Below are positions 55,864 to 64,000 of a DNA stretch of 64,000 bases, one piece after another. Source of the DNA: Candidatus Zixiibacteriota bacterium (GTDB taxonomy: Bacteria; Zixibacteria; MSB-5A5; DASWLN01); NCBI GenBank assembly GCA_036396115.1, contig DASWLN010000168.1, positions 3,362 to 67,361 of the forward strand. The letters are read 5' to 3'. A program made the position numbers and the translations under genes. Each line of letters starts with the position of its first letter. Positions within the stretch are counted from its first letter, which is position 1. The notes under the pieces were generated by a model that worked only from the letters and a program-made list of their open reading frames with translations, had not been told where the DNA came from and made no database searches.

Positions 55864-57024
55864 ATGGTGCTTTCAAAGAAAATGAACTTTCTGTTTATCC
55901 TCATAATATTCGCATCTTCTTGTTCACTTGTGTGGGCAGACCAGCCTCCAATCCCACCAACTGAAGTTAAGGGCTCTGATACAAAAAACGATGCCGGTGG
56001 AAGCATAACTCTCAGCTGGAAGAGGTCGCCAGATGATGGGGCGGGGAAAAACAATATTGTCTCTTATAAGGTATTAAGGTCAAGCCAAGAAGAAGGATTC
56101 TACATCTTGATAAGTGATGTGACCGCTGGCGCAGAACAGTTTCTGGATAACAATGCCAAAGATGGGATAAAATATTTTTACAAGATAAAAGCTATAAGCA
56201 ATGAAGGTTTTTCTTTGTCCTTGCCCAGCCCAGCCATCGTGTCCAAGGCACAGTGGTTCGATACAACAAAGATCTATATACTGGCGATGTCGGTAATTCT
56301 CTTTTCGGCTATTCTTTATTTCATATCTAAAGCTAAATCGGGTAAGGAGCTTTTCATTCGCAAGATCGCCGGCTTAGACGCGGTGGATGAGGCGGTAGGT
56401 CGCGCTACGGAAATGGGGCGCAAGATAATTTACATTCCCGGAATCAATGACCTGGATGACATCCAAACTATAGCAGGTATAACCATTTTGGGTCGGGTGG
56501 CGAAATTAGTGGCTGAATATGAAGCTAAGCTTGAAGTTCCGGTTAGCCGTTCTATGGTTATGGTATCCTGTCGTGAAACAGTTAAGGAAGCATATATTAA
56601 CGCTGGTCGCCCGGATGCCTACAGCGATGATATGGTGCATTACCTGACGGATGACCAGTTTGCTTATGCGGCGGCATGCGATGGTATTTTCGTTAGAGAA
56701 AAACCGGCCGCTATATTTTTGATGGGAACTTTTTTTGCTGAATCTTTGGTCTTGGCTGAGACCGGAAACTCGGTGGGTGCAATTCAGATTGCAGGAACTG
56801 CCCGGCCTGCACAATTGCCATTCTTTGTGGCGGCTTGCGATTACACTTTAATCGGAGAGGAGCTTTTTGCTGCTTCCGCCTATCTTTCCAAAGACCCGAA
56901 GCTTTTGGGGAGCCTGAGGGGGCAGGATGTGGGGAAAGTGTTGTTCTTGCTTGGAATTTTGGTAGGGACGATCCTGATCTCTTTTAATATTTTGGATATA
57001 AGTTTTATCTTTAATGTAAGGTGA
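55864..57024 (+). CDS. cassette copy A, gene 1: signal peptide - Fn3-like ectodomain - TM - conserved ~230-aa domain - C-terminal TM
   Basis: Fn3 pattern (ITLSWKRSP...YKVLRS...YFYKIKAISNEG). Conserved motifs GLDAVDEAVGRATEMGR, AETG, QLPFFVAACDYTLIGEEL are shared with the genes at 59349 and 62816. Confidence 0.6.
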   Translation: MVLSKKMNFLFILIIFASSCSLVWADQPPIPPTEVKGSDTKNDAGGSITLSWKRSPDDGAGKNNIVSYKVLRSSQEEGFYILISDVTAGAEQFLDNNAKDGIKYFYKIKAISNEGFSLSLPSPAIVSKAQWFDTTKIYILAMSVILFSAILYFISKAKSGKELFIRKIAGLDAVDEAVGRATEMGRKIIYIPGINDLDDIQTIAGITILGRVAKLVAEYEAKLEVPVSRSMVMVSCRETVKEAYINAGRPDAYSDDMVHYLTDDQFAYAAACDGIFVREKPAAIFLMGTFFAESLVLAETGNSVGAIQIAGTARPAQLPFFVAACDYTLIGEELFAASAYLSKDPKLLGSLRGQDVGKVLFLLGILVGTILISFNILDISFIFNVR

Positions 57025-57042
57025 ATTGGGAGTTAGCCTAAA

Positions 57043-57696
57043 ATGCGCAGAGAGGTACCGATAGCCATAACAGCAGTAGTAGGCATCATCTTTTTGATGT
57101 CATACTTCACGCCCCATTTCCCCTTAAATGTATTGCACAACTCGGCAACTGATATATTTATGATAATCGCTGCCTTTTCCATCCTCTTAGGGGTTCTAAA
57201 TCTGGTCCGGGTGAATCTGGAGAAAATATCCAAAAAGAAGAGGGATTGGCCCTTCAGCATAGTTTTGATCTTAGGTCTTCTGGTTATGACTATCGTGGGA
57301 TTGGGTTTCTCGAAAGGCAGAAATTTCATGGAGCTGGGGACTAACTTCCGCTACCTGTACGATTATGTGTATAATCCCCTATCAGCCACCATGTTCTCCA
57401 TTCTGGCTTTTTTCATTGCCTCTGCCTCTTACCGTGCTTTTCGTGGACGTAACTTAGAGGCAACCCTGCTTTTGGTGGCGGCTTTTGTAGTTATGCTGGG
57501 AAGAGTCCCAATAGGTTATTATCTTTCCTCCTGGCTACCAACAAATTATCATCTGGGAGATGCTGCTAGCTGGATTATGAACGTTCCTCAAAAGGCGGGA
57601 CAAAGAGCAATCATGATTGGCATTGCTTTAGGTGTGGTCTCAACTTCGATACGTATCATCCTGGGCTTGGAGCGGACCTATCTGGGTGGGGAATAG
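57043..57696 (+). CDS. cassette copy A, gene 2: ~6-TM membrane protein
   Basis: Paralog of 60540..61190 (shared ...AFFIASASYRAFRGRN.../...AFYIASAAYRAFRART...). Confidence 0.55.
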   Translation: MRREVPIAITAVVGIIFLMSYFTPHFPLNVLHNSATDIFMIIAAFSILLGVLNLVRVNLEKISKKKRDWPFSIVLILGLLVMTIVGLGFSKGRNFMELGTNFRYLYDYVYNPLSATMFSILAFFIASASYRAFRGRNLEATLLLVAAFVVMLGRVPIGYYLSSWLPTNYHLGDAASWIMNVPQKAGQRAIMIGIALGVVSTSIRIILGLERTYLGGE

Positions 57697-57717
57697 AAAC
57701 TATTTTGGAGGAAATAA

Positions 57718-58569
57718 GTGAACTTTTTTGAGAAGCTTTTGGTCATTGACCGCCGAGTTATCTTTCTTTTCGTGGCTGTGGCTATTGCCGTTCCCCTCTT
57801 TTTCAAAGTCAATCTGAAAGTCGATATCACTCCCGAAGTAAGGAAAGTTTACGATATAATGGAGAATCTGCCGGAGGGGTCTAAGGTACTAGTCGCTTTC
57901 GATTACGATCCCGGCTCCATGCCGGAACTTCAGCCCATGGCGGAATCCTTTATCAGGCACTGCATAAGAAAAAAATTGAAGATGATTATTATGGGTTTGT
58001 GGCCCCAGGGGTTTATTCAGGCGAATCAGGCTTTGGAGAAGGTGCTGAAAGAAGAAGAATTCAAGGATGTTAAGCTAGAGGAAGGTGTGGATTGGGTCAA
58101 CTTGGGTTATGCTGCAGGGAATGAGGTGGTCATTGAGAGGATGGGAAGCGATATTTCAGCTGTTTTTGCTGCAGATTATAGAGGCATGAAATTAGGCAAT
58201 CTGCCTTTAATGAAAGGCGTCAAAAACTTCAGCAATATCGATTTCATATATAACCTGTCCGCTGGTTATCCGGGAACACAGGAGTGGGTGCAGTTTGCGG
58301 TTGATAAATTTGGCGCTAAATTAGCGGCTGGAAACACTGCGGTGCAAGCGCCCCTGATCTACCCTTTTTATCCTAAACAGCTTTTGGGGGTGTTGGGTGG
58401 TATGAAAGGGGCAGCAGAATATGAAGTTCTGATGGGAATTCCTGCTACGGGGGTAAAATACATGTTCTCACAGTCAGTTGCCCATGGAGTGGTCTGTTTC
58501 TTTGTTATAATAGGTAATTTAGCTTTCTTTTTAACCAGAGGTAAAAGAAAAAGCGGAGGTCAAAAGTGA
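57718..58569 (+). CDS. cassette copy A, gene 3: bitopic protein (N- and C-terminal TM, central soluble domain)
   Basis: Paralog of 61194..62051 (shared DYDPxxxxELxP, GMKGAAEYE). Confidence 0.55.
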   Translation: MNFFEKLLVIDRRVIFLFVAVAIAVPLFFKVNLKVDITPEVRKVYDIMENLPEGSKVLVAFDYDPGSMPELQPMAESFIRHCIRKKLKMIIMGLWPQGFIQANQALEKVLKEEEFKDVKLEEGVDWVNLGYAAGNEVVIERMGSDISAVFAADYRGMKLGNLPLMKGVKNFSNIDFIYNLSAGYPGTQEWVQFAVDKFGAKLAAGNTAVQAPLIYPFYPKQLLGVLGGMKGAAEYEVLMGIPATGVKYMFSQSVAHGVVCFFVIIGNLAFFLTRGKRKSGGQK

Positions 58570-59234
58570 GCGAAGCTATTGGACTATGGATCGGCGCGCT
58601 TTTGACTTTGGGGATTTTTAGTTTTCTCTATAAGGACAACCCTCTTTATAAATTTTGCGAAGCCCTTTTTGTAGGAATCTCTGCGGGGTATTTTGTCGTT
58701 ATTTCATATTGGCAGATCATAGTTGCAAAAATGGTGGATGTGCTCAGGGTGGGTTTCGATTATTGGATAGTCTTGAGATATTTTGATTTTCAGAGCTGGC
58801 TTCCGCTGTTGGGAGGCGTTTTTGGAATCTTGATGCTTTTGCGTCTGTTCCCCAAGATCGGTTGGATATCGCGTTGGTCATTGGCTTTAGTGGTTGGCAC
58901 CACAGCCGGCTTATATTTCACCGTCTACTTAGTGAGCAATGGTATGATGCAAGTCAAGAGCACCATAATCCCTTTGTATGTGGCTGGGGATATGAGCACA
59001 ACCATCGGCAATATCGTGGTGGTCTTAGGCACCGTCTGTGGGCTGATTTACTTTTTCTTCTCCAAAGAGCATAAAGGCGTTTTTGGCGGAGTGGCTAAGA
59101 TAGGAATCTGGTTTATTATGATTACCTTTGGGGCCTCTTTTGGTTATACTGTTATGTCGCGTATGTCGCTATTGATTGGAAGGATGGATTATTTGGGGAT
59201 ATCTTTTGGGGAATTTTTGAAGTTGCTTAAGTGA
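58566..59234 (+). CDS. cassette copy A, gene 4: ~6-TM membrane protein
   Basis: Paralog of 62066..62797 (shared LYKDNP(L/F)YKF(C/A)E, FFFS(K/R)EHKG(V/A)FG). Confidence 0.55.
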   Translation: MSEAIGLWIGALLTLGIFSFLYKDNPLYKFCEALFVGISAGYFVVISYWQIIVAKMVDVLRVGFDYWIVLRYFDFQSWLPLLGGVFGILMLLRLFPKIGWISRWSLALVVGTTAGLYFTVYLVSNGMMQVKSTIIPLYVAGDMSTTIGNIVVVLGTVCGLIYFFFSKEHKGVFGGVAKIGIWFIMITFGASFGYTVMSRMSLLIGRMDYLGISFGEFLKLLK

Positions 59235-59348
59235 AATAGAAGAGTTAAATTATAAAAAGCAATATTAGTATCCCCGCCTTGGCCTAAAAGAGCGGGAAAC
59301 CTTGGCCCATCTTGAGGGCAAGATGGGTTTACTGCTTACAAAAAGCAA

Positions 59349-60536
59349 ATGAAAAAGAGAAGGTCATATCCTTTAATTCTATTCTTGCTGTTAGGGTTTC
59401 TTTTGATTTGGGTTATTGCTTTTGCCCAAGAAGAATCTCCCTTACCTCCAAGCCAGGTCAAGGTCAAAGACACACCCAATGACAATGGTCATTCCTTAAC
59501 CATCACCTGGAAGTCATCACCGGACAGCGCCAAGATTCTAGGTTATGAGATTTTGAGGTCTGATTCTCCGGATGGTGAATTTAAAGTGGTGGGACAGGCA
59601 TTAGCCACAGATACCTTATATAAGGACAAGGGAGATAAGGAAAAAGAAAGCCCCAACTATTTCCCCAGTCATAAGAATTTTTATTACAAAGTAAGAGCAA
59701 AAACGGATGGACTGTCTTCCGAGTCAGAAATCTCCTTACCAGCTTATGCTTTCCAGCAATGGTATCACGCTGGGAAAACCCCGGTGTTGGTAGCAGTCCT
59801 CATCTTCAGCACCTTAACCCTGATCTTCATCAGCAAAGCCAAAAAAGGCAAGGAGCTTTATGTTAGACCTCTGGCTGGAATTGGGGCAGTGGATGAGGCG
59901 ATTGGCCGTGCGACCGAAATGGGAAGACCTATACTTTTCATTTTAGGCTTAGGAACCGCGGCGGATATCGCCACGATTGCTGGTTTTACCATCTTGAGCC
60001 GAGTAGCAAAAAGAACAGCGGAATATAAGACTAGAATAATAGTTCCCTGCAATGACCCCATTGTGATGGCAGTTGCTCAGGAAACAGTGAAGGCGGCTTA
60101 CATGGATGCCGGCAGACCGGAGGCTTATGAAGAAAAGAACATATTCTTTCTCACCTCCATGCAGTTTGCTTATGTGGCTGGGGTGAATGGAATAATGTTA
60201 AGAGAAAGGACCGCCACCAACTTCTATATGGGACTGTTCTACGCGGAATCGTTAATCTTGGCAGAGACCGGCTCAATTGCCGGCTCAATTCAGATCTCGG
60301 GGACTGACCAGATGTCTCAACTTCCTTTCTTTGTGGCGGCAACCGACTATACTCTAATCGGCGAAGAGCTTTATGCGGCAAGCGCCTATCTGGGTAGAGA
60401 GCCGTTGCTTTTGGGAGCGCTCAAAGCGCAAGATTGGGCCAAGGGGATACTTTTGATTTGTTTAATACTAGGAACTATCTTCACCAGTTTACATTTAGAT
60501 TTCTTTGCTAACCTTTTCAAATTCAGTTTGGAATAA
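59349..60536 (+). CDS. cassette copy B, gene 1: Fn3-like ectodomain - TM - conserved domain protein
   Basis: Same architecture and motifs as 55864..57024. Confidence 0.6.
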   Translation: MKKRRSYPLILFLLLGFLLIWVIAFAQEESPLPPSQVKVKDTPNDNGHSLTITWKSSPDSAKILGYEILRSDSPDGEFKVVGQALATDTLYKDKGDKEKESPNYFPSHKNFYYKVRAKTDGLSSESEISLPAYAFQQWYHAGKTPVLVAVLIFSTLTLIFISKAKKGKELYVRPLAGIGAVDEAIGRATEMGRPILFILGLGTAADIATIAGFTILSRVAKRTAEYKTRIIVPCNDPIVMAVAQETVKAAYMDAGRPEAYEEKNIFFLTSMQFAYVAGVNGIMLRERTATNFYMGLFYAESLILAETGSIAGSIQISGTDQMSQLPFFVAATDYTLIGEELYAASAYLGREPLLLGALKAQDWAKGILLICLILGTIFTSLHLDFFANLFKFSLE

Positions 60537-60539
60537 GAT

Positions 60540-61190
60540 ATGAGAAGACAACTTCCCATCTTGGTAGTTTTCATATCCGGGATTTTCATGGCGATACAGT
60601 ATTTTGTTCCCAGTGAGCCGGCAGAGTTTGTGCAGGAATACGCTATGGACTGGGTAATAGTTATTGGAGTATTTGCCATGGGTTTGGGATTGTGGAGCTT
60701 GACTAAAGTAAACTGGATCAAGGTTCAAAGACAAACGCCAGGTTGGGGTTATAATTTAGTCACCATTTTGGGAATGGTTTTTATGTTGGTGGTGGGACTG
60801 ATTTGGGATCCAGGATTAGGGTTTTTCCCGGGAGAAAAGTCGCAAGTAAGTGGAACCTGGTTTATGAACTTTTTCTGGTATATCTATCTTCCCATTCAGA
60901 CGGTTATGTTTTCCCTTTTAGCTTTTTATATTGCATCGGCGGCTTATCGCGCTTTCAGGGCAAGAACCATCTTAGCAAGTATTTTACTTGTTACCGCCAT
61001 AGTGATTATGTTGCGCCTTATTCCATTGGGAGCTGTTTCCGGCATAAACCAGTGGTTGGCTAACTGGATTCTGATAGTCCCCAATATGGCGGCTAAAAGA
61101 GCTATCTGGATGGGGGTTGGTTTGGGAATGGTGGCTATGGCCTTAAAGATAGTTTTGGGTATTGAACGTTCTTATATGGGCAGAGATTAA
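60540..61190 (+). CDS. cassette copy B, gene 2: ~6-TM membrane protein
   Basis: Paralog of 57043..57696. Confidence 0.55.
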   Translation: MRRQLPILVVFISGIFMAIQYFVPSEPAEFVQEYAMDWVIVIGVFAMGLGLWSLTKVNWIKVQRQTPGWGYNLVTILGMVFMLVVGLIWDPGLGFFPGEKSQVSGTWFMNFFWYIYLPIQTVMFSLLAFYIASAAYRAFRARTILASILLVTAIVIMLRLIPLGAVSGINQWLANWILIVPNMAAKRAIWMGVGLGMVAMALKIVLGIERSYMGRD

Positions 61191-61193
61191 TTT

Positions 61194-62051
61194 ATGGGTT
61201 TCTATGAAAAATTGATGAGTCTGGACCGCAGATGGGTCTATCTATGTGTGGCGATTGCAGTGGTTTTGCCGTTTCTTTTAGAAGAATTCGGGGTTCCGAT
61301 ATTTATACCACCCTATATTACTCCAGAAGTGAAAAGCGTTTACAACTTTGTAGAGAAACTAAGAGAAGATGATGTACTTTTTCTGGCTATCGATTACGAT
61401 CCGATGGCCAAGGCGGAGTTGCACCCTGTGGCTAGGGCAGTATTAAAACAGTGTTTCAAAAAGAATGTCAAGGTTATCATTTCCGCTCTTAGTCAAAATG
61501 GTCCGGGAATGGCAGAGCAGCTTATATCCCAGACTGCTAAAGAATATAACAAAGTTGATGGGGTAGATTATGTTTATTTGGGATACAAACCCTTTCCGGC
61601 CCTGGTGATTATGGGTATGAGCCAGAATTTTAAGTTGTTCTTCCCTAAGGACTATTACGGCACCCCGCTTGATTCTTTGCCTATGATGGCAAAAGTAAGA
61701 AACATCAAAGACACTAAGGGAGTGATTGACGTTGCAGCGGGAAGTGTGGCGGATATGTGGATAAATGAAGGTGCCGGAAGATACAACTATCCATTAGCTT
61801 TAGCAGTTACTGGAGTTATGGCTGCGGACTATTATCCTTTTTTGAATTCAGGTCAACTATTTGGACTGGTGAGTGGAATGAAAGGCGCGGCTGAATATGA
61901 GTATTTAATGGAGAAAGGTGGGTATATGAAAAAAGAGGAGTTTGACGCTTCTCGCGGTATGCCCATCCAGATGTTTGCCCATATTGTAGTCATACTCTTC
62001 ATTATCATTGGAAATGTCGGGTATTTTATGTCTAGAAGAAAAAAGTCTTAA
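61194..62051 (+). CDS. cassette copy B, gene 3: bitopic membrane protein
   Basis: Paralog of 57718..58569. Confidence 0.55.
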   Translation: MGFYEKLMSLDRRWVYLCVAIAVVLPFLLEEFGVPIFIPPYITPEVKSVYNFVEKLREDDVLFLAIDYDPMAKAELHPVARAVLKQCFKKNVKVIISALSQNGPGMAEQLISQTAKEYNKVDGVDYVYLGYKPFPALVIMGMSQNFKLFFPKDYYGTPLDSLPMMAKVRNIKDTKGVIDVAAGSVADMWINEGAGRYNYPLALAVTGVMAADYYPFLNSGQLFGLVSGMKGAAEYEYLMEKGGYMKKEEFDASRGMPIQMFAHIVVILFIIIGNVGYFMSRRKKS

Positions 62052-62065
62052 AGGGGAGATAAGGC

Positions 62066-62797
62066 GTGAGCTTAGTTGATTTTATGTGGATGAGCATAGG
62101 TGCTCTTTTGACGCTTTTCACATTCTCCTATCTGTATAAAGATAACCCATTCTATAAATTCGCCGAGCATCTGGTAGTGGGAGTCTCAGCCGGATATTTT
62201 GCAGTGCTTCTTTATTATAGCTCTTTTATGCCAAAGGTCATAGATACGGTATTCAGGCCTATTGAATGGAAATATTTTATCCTGGCTTTCAAACAGATAA
62301 AGCCAGAGTATCTATTGGCAGCACTCAAAGGTAGTCAGTGGTGGTATCTTGTCCCGGGGATATTAGGGGTTATGATGTGGACTCGTTTCTCCAGAAAACT
62401 TTCCTGGATTTCTCGCTTCTCACTTGCCTTCTACATGGGCATAGGAATTGGTGCCTCCATACCCTTGACTTTGCAGAACTATGTGTTGAAGCATTTGACT
62501 TCGACTATACAGCCGGTCAATTTCACCAGCTTAACCGGAATATGGCGGCTTTTGATAGTGATTCTTGTATTTTGTACCTTGGTTTATTTCTTTTTCTCTC
62601 GCGAGCACAAAGGGGCATTCGGAGCTTCCGCCAAAGTCGGAATATGGGTTCTAATGATTGCTTTTGGAGCGGGATTTGGTTTAACGGTTATGGGCAGGGT
62701 GGCGCTTCTGGCGGAGAGGGTTATTTTCCTGAGGGATTATTGGGTTGAGTTGAAATATTTCCTTTATATGCTTTTCAAATACGGGATGCTGCTTTAA
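62066..62797 (+). CDS. cassette copy B, gene 4: ~6-TM membrane protein
   Basis: Paralog of 58566..59234. Confidence 0.55.
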   Translation: MSLVDFMWMSIGALLTLFTFSYLYKDNPFYKFAEHLVVGVSAGYFAVLLYYSSFMPKVIDTVFRPIEWKYFILAFKQIKPEYLLAALKGSQWWYLVPGILGVMMWTRFSRKLSWISRFSLAFYMGIGIGASIPLTLQNYVLKHLTSTIQPVNFTSLTGIWRLLIVILVFCTLVYFFFSREHKGAFGASAKVGIWVLMIAFGAGFGLTVMGRVALLAERVIFLRDYWVELKYFLYMLFKYGMLL

Positions 62798-62815
62798 CCC
62801 CAACCCCTTATAAAT

Positions 62816-63619
62816 TTGATCTCTAAAATTATCTTCTATTTATCATTCTGGTTTGATTTCAATCGGGTCAATGTCTTAGTTACACTTCTGGTCTTCTTTT
62901 CCTTCCTGATTTATTTTATCGGAAGAGCCAAAAAAGGGAAATCCCTTTTTATTCGTCGCATTGCCGGCTTGGATGCTATCGAGGAGGCAGTTGGCCGCGC
63001 CACCGAGATGGGAAGGCCCGTACTTTATATCCCCGGAATAGAAGATATGGATAACATTCAAACCGTAGCCAGCATGATAATCTTAGGTAACGTTGCCAAG
63101 ATGGCAGCGCGCTATGAGACTACCTTGATTGTTCCCATCTGTAGGCCGTTTGTGGTGCCGGTGGCAGAGGAATCAGTGCAGCAGGGCTACATGGCTGCTG
63201 GCCGTCCGGATGCTTACGATAAGAACAGTGTGCGTTATATCTCAGATGAGCAGTTCGCCTATACTGCCGGGGTGAATGGGATAATGCTACGGGATAAACC
63301 AGCCGCAAATCTCTTGTTCGGGTCCTTCTTCGCTGAGTCATTGATTATGGCTGAAACCGGCTTTTCCACCGGAGCGATTCAGGTAGCAGGCACAGCTAAT
63401 ATTCATCAACTTCCTTTCTTTGTGGTAGCTTGCGATTACACCATAATTGGAGAGGAGCTTTATGCGGTCTCGGCTTATCTTTCCAAGGAGCCGAAACTCT
63501 TGGGAACACTTAAAGGTTCTGATTTGGCAAAGCTTATTATAATGATAATACTCATTTTGGGCGCGATTTTAGCCACAGCTAATGTCGAGTGGTTTAGAAA
63601 TCTGTTTTTTGTGCAGTAA
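62816..63619 (+). CDS. cassette copy C, gene 1 variant: TM plus conserved domain, lacking the Fn3 ectodomain
   Basis: Shares FIRRIAGLDAIEEAVGRATEMGRP...AETG...QLPFFVVACDYTIIGEELYA with the genes at 55864 and 59349. Followed by a MITE rather than genes 2-4. Confidence 0.55.
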   Translation: MISKIIFYLSFWFDFNRVNVLVTLLVFFSFLIYFIGRAKKGKSLFIRRIAGLDAIEEAVGRATEMGRPVLYIPGIEDMDNIQTVASMIILGNVAKMAARYETTLIVPICRPFVVPVAEESVQQGYMAAGRPDAYDKNSVRYISDEQFAYTAGVNGIMLRDKPAANLLFGSFFAESLIMAETGFSTGAIQVAGTANIHQLPFFVVACDYTIIGEELYAVSAYLSKEPKLLGTLKGSDLAKLIIMIILILGAILATANVEWFRNLFFVQ

Positions 63620-63653
63620 TTTTGTATGTAGCAGGGTTGGCCAAGAAGTCTAT

Positions 63654-63809
63654 TGTCATCGCGAGTGACCAGGGGGAGCGTGGCGATCTCGATTTCATAA
63701 TCCATGATGTTATAAGAGATTGCCACGTCGTCCGCCGCAGGCCCTCGGCTTCCCTCGGCTTCGCCGAGAGGCGAGCGCCGAGAGGCGAGCGAGACTCCTC
63801 GCAATGACA
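63654..63809. repeat. TGTCATTGCGAG MITE copy with nested CCTCGGCTTCGCCGAGAGGCGAGCG repeat
   Basis: TGTCATCGCGAGTGACC...CCTCGGCTTCCCTCGGCTTCGCCGAGAGGCGAGCG...GACTCCTCGCAATGACA. Confidence 0.7.
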
Positions 63810-64000
63810 GCCGAGGAATGTTTGAGTGAATTAAAAGACCCTTAAGATATTGACAAAATGGGTGTCATTCTGAGTAAAGCGAAGAATCTCTAGTCTTTGA
63901 TTTATGATAAGGCGAGATGGATTCGCTTCGCTCACCATGACAATCCCCCGCGCTTTTCAACATATCCACTAGAGGAAAAGGATTTTATGCGACGCGAAGT

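Overview
This window reads as the origin-proximal part of an AT-rich bacterial chromosome, probably an uncultivated lineage. Most genes are coded on the + strand.

1-39.6 kb: a conserved housekeeping backbone. It opens with the classical block rpmH(partial)-rnpA-yidD-yidC-mnmE-mnmG-rsmG-parA-parB, with two parS-like palindromes at 5686-5701 and 6604-6619. An EnvC-like M23 peptidase and a bactofilin sit directly downstream of parB. Further on are nfo, ilvC, rarA, hemW, lepB, lepA, pth, rpsF-rpsR-(membrane protein)-rplI, a bifunctional-nuclease-family protein, an LpoA-like TPR plus periplasmic-binding fusion, DJ-1/PfpI, a GlmL-like ASKHA protein and thi4.

Intergenic spacers throughout are filled with several families of GC-rich palindromic repeats. 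The most abundant is a MITE-like element with TGTCATTGCGAG terminal inverted repeats, at least 9 copies. A second family is REP-like: GTAGGGACAGGTCGCGACCTGTCCCTAC. A short RAYT (REP-associated Y1 transposase) N-terminal remnant lies at 52808-52969.

39.6-55.1 kb: a co-oriented defense/accessory island. Each gene module is bounded by a cluster of the same composite REP family. In order, the modules are:
- an AbiEi/AbiEii toxin-antitoxin pair;
- a small HEPN protein plus a 942-aa PHP-phosphoesterase::Rad50/ABC-ATPase fusion (PplA-like), followed by a truncated hsdM remnant;
- a DpnII/MboI-organised type II R-M system (Dam-like MTase, PD-ExK endonuclease, beta-class MTase);
- a TcmP-like protein, a non-canonical Cx3Cx3C radical-SAM-like protein and a HEPN-CBS protein;
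- an HI0933-type flavoprotein;
- a 197-aa hypothetical;
- a Fic AMPylase.

55.8-63.6 kb: a tandem 4-gene membrane-protein cassette present in two full copies plus the first gene of a third. Its components are an Fn3 ectodomain-TM-conserved-domain protein, a 6-TM protein, a TM-soluble-TM protein and another 6-TM protein. I recognise none of them.

The two candidate uncharacterised systems I rate highest are the TcmP/3-Cys/HEPN-CBS module and the triplicated membrane cassette.
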